A stretch of 64,000 bases of DNA from Mobula hypostoma (Eukaryota), in NCBI RefSeq assembly GCF_963921235.1, contig NC_086097.1, forward strand, positions 56,546,001 to 56,610,000, given 5' to 3'. Both the position numbers and the translations under genes were made by a program. The notes under the pieces are model-generated. The model saw only the letters and a program-made list of their open reading frames with translations, ran no database searches and was not told where the DNA came from. Position 1 is the stretch's first letter. Every line of letters begins with the position of its first letter. Shown here one piece after another: positions 50,977-62,906 of the stretch.

Positions 50977-53793
50977 TCAAACTGTGACCCCTCGTTCTGG
51001 ACCTCCCCAACATCGGGAACACTCTAGCCTGTCCAATCCCTTTAGGATCTTATACGTTTCAATCAGATCCCCCCTCAATCTTCTAAATTCCAACGAGTAC
51101 AAGCCCAGTTCATCCAGTCTTTCTTCATATGAAAGACCTGCCATCCCAGGAATCAATCTGGTGAACCTTCTTTGTACTCCCTCTATGGCAAAGATGTCTT
51201 TCCTCAGATTAGGGGACCAAAACTGCACACAATACTCCAGGTGTGGTCTCACCAAGGCCTTGTACAACTGCAGTAGTACCTCCCTGCTCCTGTACTCGAA
51301 TCCTCTCGCTATAAATGCCAGCATACCGTTCGCCTTTTTCACCGCCTGCTGTACCTGCATGCCCACTTTCAATGACTGGTGTATAATGACACCCAGGTCT
51401 CGTTGCACCTCCCCTTTTCCTAATCGGCCACCATTCAGATAATAATCTGTTTTCCTATTTTTGCCACCAAAGTGGATAACTTCACATTTATCCACATTAA
51501 ATTGCATCTGCCATGAGTTTGCCCACTCACCCAACCTATCCAAGTCACCCTGCATCCTCTTAGCATCCTCCTCACTGCTAACACTGCCACCCAGCTTCGT
51601 GTCATCCGCAAACTTGGAGATGCTGCATTTAATTCCCTCATCCAAGTCATTAATATATATTGTAAACAACTGGGGTCCCAGCACTGAGCCTTGCGGTACC
51701 CCACTAGTCACCGCCTGCCATTCTGAAAAGGTCCCGTTTATTCCCACTCTTTGCTTCCTGTCTGCTAACCAATTCTCCACCCACACCAATACCTTACCCC
51801 CAATACCGTGTGCTTTAAGTTTGCACACTAATCTCCTGTGTGGGACCTTGTCAAAAGCCTTTTGAAAATCCAAATATACCACATCCACTGGTTCTCCCCT
51901 ATCCACTCTACTAGTTACATCCTCAAAAAATTCTATGAGATTCGTCAGACATGATTTTCCTTTCACAAATCCATGCTGACTTTGTCCAATCATTTCAGCG
52001 CTTTCCAAATGTGCTGTTATCACATCCTTGATAACTGACTCCAGCAGTTTCCCCACCACCGACGTTAGGCTAACCGGCCTATAATTCCCCGGTTTCTCTC
52101 TCCCTCCTTTTTTAAAAAGTGGGGTTACATTAGCCACCCTCCAATCCTCAGGAACTAGTCCAGAATCTAACGAGTTTTGAAAAATTATCACTAATGCATC
52201 CACTATTTCTTGGGCTACTTCCTTAAGCACTCTGGGATGCAGACCATCTGGCCCTGGGGATTTATCTGCCTTCAATCCCTTCAATTTACCTAACACCACT
52301 TCCCTACTAACATGTATTTCGCTCAGTTCCTCCATCTCACTGGACCCTCTGTCCCTTACTATTTCTGGAAGATTATTTATGTCCTCCTTAGTGAAGACAG
52401 AACCAAAGTAATTATTCAATTGGTCTGCCATGTCCTTGCTCCCCATAATCAATTCACCTGTTTCTGTTTGCAGGGGACCTACATTTGTCTTTATCAGTCT
52501 TTTCCTTTTTACATATCTATAAAAGCTTTTACAGTCCGTTTTTATGTTCTCTGCCAGTTTTCTCTCATAATCTTTTTTCCCCTTCCTAATTAAGCCCTTT
52601 GTCCTCCTCTGCTGAACTCTGAATTTCTCCCAGTCCTCAGGTGAGCCACTTTCTCTGGCTAATTTGTATGCTACTTCTTTGGAATTGATACTATCCCTAA
52701 TTTCTCTTGTCAGCCACGGGTGCACTACCTTCCTTGATTTATTCTTTTGCCAAACTGGGATGAACAATTGTTGTAGTTCATCCATGCAACCTTTAAATGC
52801 CTGCCATTGCATATCCACCGTCAATCCTTTAAGTGTCATTTGCCAGTCTATCTTAGCTAATTCACGACTCATACCTTCAAAGTTACCCCTCTTTAAGTTC
52901 AGAACCTTTGTTTCTGAATTAACTACGTCACTCTCCATGTTAATGAAGAATTCCACCATATTATGGTCACTCTTACCCAAGGGGCCTCTCACGACAAGAT
53001 CGCTAATTAACCCTTCCTCATTGCTCAAAACCCAGTCCAGAATAGCCTGCTCTCTAGTCGGTTCCTCGACATGTTGGTTCAAAAAACCATCCCGCATACA
53101 TTCCAAGAAATCCTCTTCCTCAGCACCTTTACCAATTTGGTTCACCCAGTCTACATGTAGATTGAAGTCACCCATTATAACTGCTGTTCCTTTATTGCAC
53201 ACATTTCTAATTTCCTGTTTAATACCATCTCCGACCTCACTACTACTGTTAGGTGGCCTGTACACAACTCCCACCAGCGTCTTCTGCCCCTTAGTGTTAC
53301 GCAGCTCTACCCATATCGATTCCACATCTTCCCGGCTTATGTCCTTCCTTTCTATTGCGTTAATCTCTTTTTTAACCAGCAACGCCACCCCACCTCCCCT
53401 TCCTTCATGTCTATCCCTCCTGAATATTGAATATCCCTGAACGTTGAGCTCCCATCCCTGGTCACCCTGGAGCCATGTCTCTGTGATCCCAACTATATCA
53501 TAATCATTAATAACAATCTGCACTTTCAATTCATCCACCTTATTACGAATGCTCCTTGCATTGACACATAAAGCCTTCAGGCGCTCTTTTACAACTCTCT
53601 TAGCCCTTTTTAATGCTTGCCCTGGATTTGTCGGCCTGCCACTTTTACTTTTCCCCTTTGTACTTTTTGCTTCTACGCTCACTTTACACCCCTCTGTCTC
53701 TCTGCACTGGTTCCCATCCCTCTGTTGTGAACTAACCTCCTCACACCTAGCCTCTTTAATTTGATTCCCACCCCCCAACCATTCTAGTTTAAA
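50977..53793 (-). CDS. CR1 ORF2p: APE endonuclease plus reverse transcriptase, with a frameshifted C-terminus
   Basis: APE motifs NARSIRNK, GITETWL, YRPP, MGDFN and SDHN. RT motifs YRPVSLTS, LDFQKAFDKV, GVPQGSVLGP and FADD. A net 10-nt deletion near 51021 relative to sibling copies shifts the last ~70 codons. Confidence 0.92.
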   Translation of the reverse strand, partial: FKLEWLGGGNQIKEARCEEVSSQQRDGNQCRETEGCKVSVEAKSTKGKSKSGRPTNPGQALKRAKRVVKERLKALCVNARSIRNKVDELKVQIVINDYDIVGITETWLQGDQGWELNVQGYSIFRRDRHEGRGGGVALLVKKEINAIERKDISREDVESIWVELRNTKGQKTLVGVVYRPPNSSSEVGDGIKQEIRNVCNKGTAVIMGDFNLHVDWVNQIGKGAEEEDFLECMRDGFLNQHVEEPTREQAILDWVLSNEEGLISDLVVRGPLGKSDHNMVEFFINMESDVVNSETKVLNLKRGNFEGMSRELAKIDWQMTLKGLTVDMQWQAFKGCMDELQQLFIPVWQKNKSRKVVHPWLTREIRDSINSKEVAYKLARESGSPEDWEKFRVQQRRTKGLIRKGKKDYERKLAENIKTDCKSFYRYVKRKRLIKTNVGPLQTETGELIMGSKDMADQLNNYFGSVFTKEDINNLPEIVRDRGSSEMEELSEIHVSREVVLGKLKGLKADKSPGPDGLHPRVLKEVAQEIVDALVIIFQNSLDSGLVPEDWRVANVTPLFKKGGREKPGNYRPVSLTSVVGKLLESVIKDVITAHLESAEMIGQSQHGFVKGKSCLTNLIEFFEDVTSRVDRGEPVDVVYLDFQKAFDKVPHRRLVCKLKAHGIGGKVLVWVENWLADRKQRVGINGTFSEWQAVTSGVPQGSVLGPQLFTIYINDLDEGIKCSISKFADDTKLGGSVSSEEDAKRMQGDLDRLGEWANSWQMQFNVDKCEVIHFGGKNRKTDYYLNGGRLGKGEVQRDLGVIIHQSLKVGMQVQQAVKKANGMLAFIARGFEYRSREVLLQLYKALVRPHLEYCVQFWSPNLRKDIFAIEGVQRRFTRLIPGMAGLSYEERLDELGLYSLEFRRLRGDLIETYKILKGLDRLECSRCWGGPERGVTV

Positions 53794-54620
53794 GTCACCT
53801 CAGTAGCCCCCGCTAATCTCCCTGCCAGGATATTGGTCCCCCTAGGATTTAAGTGTAACCCGTCCTTTTTGTACAGGTCACACCTGCGCCAAAAGAGGTC
53901 CCAATGATCCAAAAACTTGAATCCCTGCCCCCTGCTCCAATCCCTCAGCCACGCATTTATCCTCCACCTCATCGCATTCCTACTCTCACTGTCGCGTGGC
54001 ACAGGCAGTAATCCCGAGATTACTACCTTTGCGGTCCTTTTTCTCAACTCCCTTCCTAGCTCCCTATATTCTTCTTTCAGGACCTCATCCCTTTTCCTAC
54101 CTATGTCATTGGTACCTATATGTACCAGGACCTCTGGCTCCTCACCCTCCCACTTCAGGATATCTTGGACACGATCAGAAATATCCCGGACCCTGGCACC
54201 AGGGAGGCAAACTACCATCCGAGTCTCTGTACTGCGTCCACAGAATCGCCTATCTGACCCCCTTACTATCGAGTCCCCTATCACAACTGCCCTCCTCTTC
54301 CTTGCCCTACCCTTCTGAGCTACAGGGCCAGACTCTGTGCCGGAGGCAGGGCCACTGTCGCTTCCCCCGGGTAAGCTGTCCCCTCCAACAGTACTCAAAC
54401 AGGAGTACCTGTTGTTAAGGGGCACAGCCGCCGGGGTACTCCCCATCACCTGCCTTTTCCCCTTCCCCCTCCTAACCGTGACCCACTTGTCTGCCTCCCG
54501 TGGCCCCGGCGTGACCACCTGCCTTCCACTCCTCTCTATCACCTCCTCGCTCTCCCTGACCAGACGAAGGTCATCGAGCTGCAGCTCCAGTTCCGTAACG
54601 CGGTCCCTTAGGAGCTGCAT
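53784..54620 (-). CDS. CR1 ORF1p: coiled coil plus SGNH/GDSL esterase
   Basis: Coiled coil LLRDRVTELELQLDDL, and esterase blocks VIGDSIVRG, HIGTNDI and DGLHLN. The frame continues upstream of the listed Met as SPSLPDVYICAKCIE. Confidence 0.9.
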   Translation of the reverse strand: MQLLRDRVTELELQLDDLRLVRESEEVIERSGRQVVTPGPREADKWVTVRRGKGKRQVMGSTPAAVPLNNRYSCLSTVGGDSLPGGSDSGPASGTESGPVAQKGRARKRRAVVIGDSIVRGSDRRFCGRSTETRMVVCLPGARVRDISDRVQDILKWEGEEPEVLVHIGTNDIGRKRDEVLKEEYRELGRELRKRTAKVVISGLLPVPRDSESRNAMRWRINAWLRDWSRGQGFKFLDHWDLFWRRCDLYKKDGLHLNPRGTNILAGRLAGATEVTLN

Positions 54621-55324
54621 CTCGATGCACTTGGCGCAGATGTAGACGTCCGGGAGGCTTGGAGATATATCACACAGAACAATGCATATGTACGTATGTG
54701 TGATTAAATGCTACAGTACTATATAATTATTTTATACAAAAAATTATATTTCATATTATTACAAAATAATAGAAATACATTATCATTTAAGAAATGAGTT
54801 GTATAGAAAATTAAATCATCTCTTTTGGGGCTTGTAATTTTCTGTCTTGTACATTTCCATCATTTGCACTGTTCTCTAATTCTCACATATCCTAGAATAT
54901 ATATAGAATTTTCACTGAGCAAAGGTCAGGAATGCTTTGACCATTTACTTGGGATGTTTTTTAATTCACATTAGGTACCAATAGCAAGCTTTGAACAATA
55001 CATCAATAAATGAAGATGTCAGAATCTACCCTGAGAGTCAAATAGCTTTCCCATTCTTGAAGTTGAGGTAAAACTCCTGCACTAACTGCTGAAAATATTA
55101 TATCAAAACAGTATTATTTGTTTGTTTCTTGACCATTAGGTACCAGCTTTTGAAAGTTACCAGTGAACCTTTTTGTTTTAATTAGCTTTCACATCTATAA
55201 TAAACCCCTAGTGAAAAGTGTTATCAGTAATCTAATATAGTGGAATTCACAAACATGGGAAACTAGAAAAAGATTATCAATACATTAGACAAACCTCAGA
55301 CTGATTCGCTATAAAAGCTAAAAC

Positions 55325-56240
55325 AAAAGAAGTGCTGGAAGTACTCAGCAGGTCAGGATCAGTGGGGAGAGAAACGTGATCAACATTTCAGTCTGAGGTC
55401 CTCTTTCCGTACTTGGTGCTCGCAACACCTGCAAGACAATGTGTAGACTAGGCATTTGTTTTGCAGAGCATCTTTTCTCTGTCCACAGCAACCATTCTGA
55501 GCTTCCAGTTGTATGTCATTTGAGCTCCCCTTCCCATTCTCACACCAACCTATCTATCCTCAGACTCCCTCACTGGAACAGCGAAGCCAAACACAAGCGA
55601 GAAGAGCACCACATATTCCACTTGGGTAGCTTACAATCCAATGGCATTGAACACTGAACTTCCCAATTTGAAGTAAACCACTAGCCCCATATTCCTTTCT
55701 CTCTGCACCAGTGCACTCAGTGCACCCTCCCTTTGTTCACTTCTCCCATCTCTATCACCCTGCACACCCCACCAAGTTACCATGTTACCAATGGCTCATT
55801 ACACACTTCCTCTTAGTTCTATTCACCCATCACCCCCACATACATATTCATCTGGGTTGTTTCTCCATTGGTTCTCTTTTACTCCCACCTTCCCATCATT
55901 CTTCTATTAATAGCTCCACCTAGCACCTACCTGCCACTGTTTCTGCCCATTCGCTCCCTCCTATAATCTGTTTCCATCTGCTTAATCTTACCTCCATATC
56001 TTTATCTACCTAGCACCCATTGTCTCAACACCCCCTTTCACCCTCTCCCACTTGACCTCATCTGCCAATCATCCGCCCTACTGTCCTCATCTAATTCCAC
56101 CAAACACTACCAGCCTCTCTCACTTCTGTACACTCTCAGTCCTAACACAGAGTCTTGACCTGAGGTAGTGACCCACTTTCTACCCTCAGAAATGCTGCTT
56201 GACCTGCTAAGTTCTTCCAGCAGTTTATTTGTTGCTCCAG
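55325..56240 (+). mobile_element. Degenerate Penelope-like element with an inverted 5' terminal repeat
   Basis: CRLGICFAEHLFSVH...IFHLGSLQSNG (GIY-YIG C-terminal half), flanked by oppositely oriented copies of the terminal repeat. A further remnant lies at about 41200-41850. Confidence 0.75.
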
Positions 56241-58044
56241 TTCAGGAATGAAATGAGAGAAAAAAAAACTTCACCCAACTGGAAATGAACCTTAGATTCT
56301 CTCTCTGGATGCCCCAGTTACTGAGGAAAATCAAGACATAAATCCAGGGAATAAAGTGGAACGGGATTAGTAAAGGAAAGTGATGCCAAGGTGAAAGGTC
56401 AGCTATGATGTTTTTGAATGCGAATCAGGTGTGAGAATGTAATCTTGCTTCTATTTCTCATGTTCTTATACATTCACTGATCAGTACTGTAGGCAAAGAG
56501 TTTGTGCAGTTTGTGAATATAAATTTTTATCTGACTGAATTGGTCTACAATAACCACAATAATTGTGATAGGAAATGGAATTATCCAAATCATAATAATC
56601 TGTCAGATTTAGTTTCAAGGTGGCTCTCTCGCTCTCTCACCTCCAAATTAGAAGTGTGTCAGATAGAATCACGTAGAATAGAAACAAGCCCTTCTGCCCA
56701 TCAAATCCGCACAATCTATAAATTCACCAGTGGCACCACTGTTGTCATTAGAATCTCATATGGTGATGAGGAGCCTGACAGAAGTGAGATAGATTAGCTG
56801 GTTAGCAACAACAGCCTCAGACTCAAAGGCAGTTAGACCGAGGAACTGATTCTGGGCTTCAGGAAAGGGAAGATGGGAGAAAACAAGCCAGTCCTTCTTA
56901 AGGGGTGTGGTGGAAGGGGCGAACAGCTTCAAGCTCCTGGACATCAACATCCCAGAGGATCTATCTGGGCCCAACACATTGATGCAATCACAAAAAACGC
57001 AGACCAGGGGCTCTACCTCTTTAGAACTTTGAGGAGATCTGGTGTGTTAACAAAGATTCGTGCAGGCTTCTATAGATGTAGAGTGGGAAGCATTCTGGCT
57101 GGTTGCTTTACCACCTGACATGGAGGTTCCAATAAACAGGATCACAAGAGGCTGTAGAGGGTCGTAAACTCAGCCAGTTCCATCACAGGCTCAACCTCCC
57201 CCACCACCTAGGAGTTCTTCAAGAGGTGATGTCTCATGATGCACATGCCCTCTTCTCGTTACTACCATCACAGTGGAGGTACAGGAGCCTGAAGACCAAG
57301 GCTCAACAATTTAGGAACAGCAATTAGATTTCTGAACTGTTCATGAACATATAAACCCTACCCTGTTTTTCATTCTTTTACACTTTTTATGCATTTTTGT
57401 AATTTATAGATTTTTTTTTGCAAGGTATTGCTGCCACAGATTTCATGTCATATGACAGTACTAATGACTCTGGTTTGGATTTTGATCCATCAAGCACCTA
57501 TTTACTCAAGATCATCCCTAATCCCAATTTATTTTCCCCAAATTCCTATCAGCTTCTCCAATACTCTATCACACACCTACACTCTAGGGGCAATTTGCGG
57601 TACCAATTAACCTACCAACTTGCATTCTTTGGGATTTGAGGGAAAACTGGAGCACCCAGTGAGGTCCATGTGGTCACAGGGAAAAAAAGTTCTCAGCAAG
57701 TGCTGCACCGTAAAATACCGTCTGCTGTCTCATAAATTCCCATGCATTATTTAAAGTAGATCTAGGGAATTTTCCCAGGCATCCTGGCCAAAATTACAAA
57801 TAAAGTAGATTAATTGGTCATTATTTCATATTAGTGGGTAAATTGGCTGCTATATACTACACTGGTGATTCCATTTCAAAAGTGCTTCATTGACTACAAA
57901 GTGCTTTTGGAATGATTCATAAGAGACACTATAAATACAGCTGTTCTCTTTCTTCATATTTTTGCTCATCAATAAGGTGTAATGTGTGAGATGTGGGAAT
58001 TCTGGGAGACCTCCAACCACCCAGATAACCACACCAGCACCAGG

Positions 58045-61000
58045 TTCACCAAGCTGCTGCTCCTCAGAGAATGTGATAAGAAATTGGAGCTGCAGCTCGA
58101 AGATCTTCAGCCCATAGGGAACTGAGGAGATGATAGGTAAGGGTGGTAGTCAGCCCTAGGCTGCAGTAACCAGGAAAATTGGTGACTGTCAAGAGAGGTG
58201 GGTAGAGGTAGGTCTCTCCAAAAGGAGCTGTAAAGCGCTCCTTCCCTCGGCTAACCTGCAGGTCAGTCTTGGGAAAGGTGTAGCACCTGATTAGCCCCCT
58301 GATCAGGGTCACAAGAAGCCATGGAAGCAGGTGGTGGATGGTCGTATGAGCAGCTGGTGAACATCACAAGTCCCAGTTACGCAAACACTGACGCCAGACT
58401 GTCAATCTCTGAACAGTATTGAAATTGGTAATGGTTGGGGTCACCCATCTTGTAAAGACACAGTCCAGAAAAAAGGCAATGGCAAACCACTTCTGGAGAA
58501 AATTTTGCCAAGAATAATCATGGTCATGGAAGGAACATGATCACCCATGTCATACAACATGGCACATAATGAACAAATAATGAACATCAGGAGAGGGGAG
58601 GGAAATGGGCAGCCAGTGCAGAGTAGCCTGGTAGCTGTTCCCCTCAATAATAATCACCCTGTGTTGAGGGGAACAACCTACATGGGAGGGGCTGCACCAA
58701 CTGGATCTCTGGCACTGTGACTCAGAGAGGAAGGGAGGAGAAGGGGACTACAGTAGTGATAGGGGATTTCATAGAGGAGCAGACATGAGATTTTCTGGAT
58801 GTAATAGAGACACCCAGATGATATGTTGCCTCCCAGGTGCCAGGGTCAGGGACACTGGGATCAGATCCACAACATTCTAAAAGGGGGAGGGAGAGCATGC
58901 AGAATACTTGTTACATATTGGCACCAATGACAGAGGTAGGAAAAGCGAGGAGGTCCTGAAGAGAGAATTTAGGGAGCTAGGTAGAAAGCTGAAAAGCAGG
59001 ACCTCCAGGGTAGTAATCTCCAGATTGCTGCTTATCCCATACACCAAAGAGAGAAGAGAAATAGGATGATATGGCAGATGAATTAATGTCTGAGAAACTG
59101 TTGCTGGGGGCAGGGTTTCAGACTCCCACATCATTGAGATCTCTTCTTGGGAAGTTATGACCTATACGAAAGGGACGGGTTACATCTGAACCCGAAGGGG
59201 ACCAGTATCTTTGCGACAGGTTTAAACTAATTTGGCAGGGAGATGGGAGCCGGACTGGTAGGACTGGGGTTAGGTCTGGTGATTTACATGCAGAGGTAGG
59301 GTATAGTGAGACTGTCAGTAAGGACAGACAGATGATAGGGCAAAATTGCAGTCAGTGAGATGAGTTGCAGTGTAAATGGGGGACAAAATCAAAAAGGGTG
59401 TTGGACACAGGATTGAAGGTTTTATGTTTGAATGCATGCAGTATACAGAATAAAGTAGATGATCTGGTGGAGCAGTTAGAGATTGACATTGATGGCATCA
59501 CTGAGTCGTGGCTGAAAGAAGGTTGCAGTTCAGAGCTTAACATCCAAGGATGCACATTGCATCAAGAGGACAGGCAGGTAGGCAGAGGGGGTGGTATGGC
59601 ACTGTTGGTAAAAGGTGTAATCAAATCTTTAGAAAGAGGTGACGGGATCAAAAGAGAAGAATCCTTGTGGGTAGAGTTAAGAAACTGCAATGGTAAAAAG
59701 ACCCTAATGGGAGTTATATACATTCCACTGAACATTAGCCAGGATGTGGGATACAAATTGTGATGAGAGATAGAAAAGGCTTATCAAAAGGGCAATGTTA
59801 CAACAGTCATGGGGGACCTCAGTATGCAGATAGATTGGAAAATCAGGTTGTTACTGGACCCCAAGAGAGAGAATTTGTAGAATGCCTGCAAGATGCCTTT
59901 TTAGAGCAGCTTGTGTTTGAGCCCACTAGGGGATCGGCTATTCTGGATTGGGTGTTGCGCAATGAACCAGATTTGATTAGGGAGCTTAAGGTAAGGGAAC
60001 CCTTCAGAGGCAGTGATCATAATACAACAGCATTCACCTTGCAATTTGAGAGGGAGAAGCTAAAGTCAGATTGTACCAGTATTTACAAAAACATTTACAA
60101 GGGACTAGAGGAGCTGAGTTATAAGGAAAGATTGAACAGGTCAGGACTTTATTTCTTGGAATGTAGGTGACTGAGGGAGATTTCAAAGAGGTATAGAAAA
60201 TTATGAGGGGTATATATAGGATAAATGAAAGCAGGCTTTCCCCATTAAGGTTGGGTGGGACTACAACTAGAGATCATGGTTTAAGGGTGAAAGATAAACA
60301 ATTTAAGGGGAACATGAGGAGAAACTTCTTCACTCAGAGGATTATGAGAGTGTGGAATGAGCTGCCAGCACAAGTGGTACCTGTGAGCGCTATTTCAATG
60401 TTTGAGAGAAGTTTGGATATGTACATGAATGGCAGGGGTATGGAAGGCAATGGTCTGGGTGCAGGTCAATGGGACTAGGGCAGTTTAAATTGTTCAGCAT
60501 GAACTAGATAGGCCAAAGGGCCTGTTTCTGTGCTGTACTTTTCCATCATGACTCAAAGTATTCTAAAAGCTGGATGACACAACTGTGGCTGACAAGGAAA
60601 GTCAAAGCTAATATAAAAGCAAAATAAAGGACGTATAATAGAGCAAAAATTCGTAGGAAGTTAGAATATTGAGAAATTTTTAAAAACCAACAGAAGGCAA
60701 CAGAAACCAGAAGGGTGAGGTGGGGAAGATGGAATATGAATATAAACTAGAGGACACCAGAAGCTATTTCAGATATCTGAAGAGTAAAAGAGTGGTGAGA
60801 GTAGATGTTGGACTGCTGGAAAATGATACTGGAGAGCTAGTAATCAGGGACATGCAAAATGGTGGATGAACTGAATATGGATTTTTCATCAGTCTTCACT
60901 GTGGAAGACACTAGCAATATGCTAGAAGTTCAAGAATGACAGTGGGCAGAAGTGAGTGCAGTTGGTATTTGTAGACAGAAAGTGCTTGGGAAACTGAAAG

Positions 61001-62540
61001 TTCCGAAGGTAAATAAGTCACCTGGACCACACCCCAGGTTTCTGAAAGATGTAGCTGAAGAGATTTTGGAGGCATTAGTAATGATCTGTCAACGATCATT
61101 GGAATCTGGAAAGGACCCAGAAGACTAGAAAATTAGAAGTTTCACTGCACTCTTCAAGAAGGGAGGGAGGCCAGTTAGCCTCAGTGGTTGGGAAGATGTT
61201 GGACTCGAATGTTAAGGATGTGGTTTTGGGGTACTTGGATGCACCTGGTAAAATAGACCAAAATCAGCTTGGTTTCCTTAACCTGACAAACCTGAAAACC
61301 TTGGTTTTCCTGTCTGACAAACCTTTTAGCATCCTTTGAGGAAGCAACAAGCAAGATCGACACAGGAGAATCGGTGGCTGCTGCGTACTTGGATTTTCAG
61401 AAGGCCTTTCACAAGGTGCCACACATGATGCTGCTTAACAAGACCCTATGGTATTACAGAAAAGATACTTGCATGGATAGAGCATTAGCTGAATGGCAGG
61501 AGACAAAGATTGGGATTAAAGGGAGCCTTCTCCAATTGGCTGCCCATGACTAGTGATGTTCCACAGAGTTTGATGTTGGGACTTCTTTTTCTGTTGGATG
61601 TCAATGATCTGAATGATGGAATTGATAGCTTTGTGGCCAAATTTGTGGATGTTACCAAGATGGGTGATGGTGCATATAGTGTTAAGGAAGCAGGAGGCTG
61701 CAGAAGGACTTAAGAGAATGGGAAAAGGAGTGGCAAATGGAATACAGTGTTGGGAAATGTATAGTCATGCACTTTGGTAGGATTAAAAGCCTATTTTCTA
61801 AACGGGGAGAAAATTCAAAAATCTGAGGTGCAAAGGGACTTGGGAATCTTCATGCAGGATTCCCTAAAGGTTAAGTTTCAGGTTGAGCTGGTGGTGAAGA
61901 AGGCAAATGAAATGCCAACATTCATTATGAGAGGACTAGAATATAAAAGCAAGGATGTAATGCTGAGGCTTTATGAGGTACTGGTGAGGCCTCACGGAGT
62001 ATTGTGAGCAGTTTTGGGTCCCTTATTTAAGAAATATGTATTGACATTGGAGAGGGATCAGAGGAAGTTCACAAGAATGACTCCAGGAATGGAAGGAGTA
62101 TAGTATGAGGAGCAATTGATAGCTATGGGCATTTTACTCGCTGGAATTTGGAAGTATGAGGGTTATCTCATTGAAACCTATGGAATATTGAAAGGCCTAG
62201 TTAAGGTGGATGCGGAGAGGATGTTTCCTATGGTGGGAGAATCTAGGACCAGAGGGCAGAGCTACAGAATGGACAGACATCCATTTAGAACGAAGATTAG
62301 GAGGAATTTTGTTAGCCAGAGGGTTGTGAATCTGTGGAATTCGTTGCCACAGGTAGCTGCGGATGTTAGGTCATCGGGTGTATTTAAGGCGGTGATTGAT
62401 TAATCAGGTTACAGGAGGTTGTGAAAGGGAGAAGGCAGGAGACTGGGGTTGAGATGGAAATGGATCAGCCATGATGAAATGGCAGAGCCGACCCAATGGG
62501 TGAAATGGCCTAATTCTGTTCCTCTGTCTCGTGGTGTTAT
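58045..62540 (+). mobile_element. Older degenerate CR1 (ORF1 esterase remnant plus ORF2), interrupted by a second CR1 3' fragment (about 60075-60545) and a short retroelement
   Basis: Esterase remnants (HIGTND, DGLHLNPKGT), APE (LNACSIQNK, ITESWL, SDHN) and RT fragments. The CR1 3' end is at about 62540. Confidence 0.85.
58199..58586 (+). mobile_element. Short retroelement with an RTE/BovB-type tail, nested in CR1 ORF1
   Basis: GGCAATGGCAAACCACTTC...TTGCCAAGAA tail motif. TSD-like TCAAGAGAGG / TCAGGAGAGG. Confidence 0.6.
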
Positions 62541-62906
62541 GGTCTTTGGTAATTGTTGGAGATAACAGTGGAAGGTCATTGTACATGCTGTGCAATGCAT
62601 TTGGGAGGGACAAACACTGCACAGGAACGCACAATAAATGACAGAATATTGGGATAGTGGAGGAACTGAAGACATGTCCACAAATAACTGAAAATAGTAG
62701 GACAGAAAGGTGAAGTAAAGTGTGCATGTAAAATATTTCCCTTTATTAGTCCTAATATAAAATAAAAGTCATGACTGAATTATATAAAATACTTACTGGG
62801 CACGCATTTTTCCACATCAGATAGGCCATCTGAATTATAATAGAGGTTTTTCTAGTTACACATTCAGAAAGCTCAAGACGATGCACCAGTATCCTTCATA
62901 AAACTA

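Larger units (their letters stand above)
50686..54665 (-). mobile_element. Young, near full-length CR1 LINE (5'-truncated within the ORF1 zinc finger)
   Basis: ORF1 and ORF2 are both open. The 3' UTR ends in a (TTTCTATG)n tail at about 50686-50710. CpGs are retained. The 5' end stops just upstream of a YICAKC half zinc finger. Confidence 0.95.

Noticed and set aside
50888..54645. Several long plus-strand ORFs (up to 258 aa)
   Set aside because: Antisense shadows of CR1 ORF1/ORF2 that recur in sibling copies.
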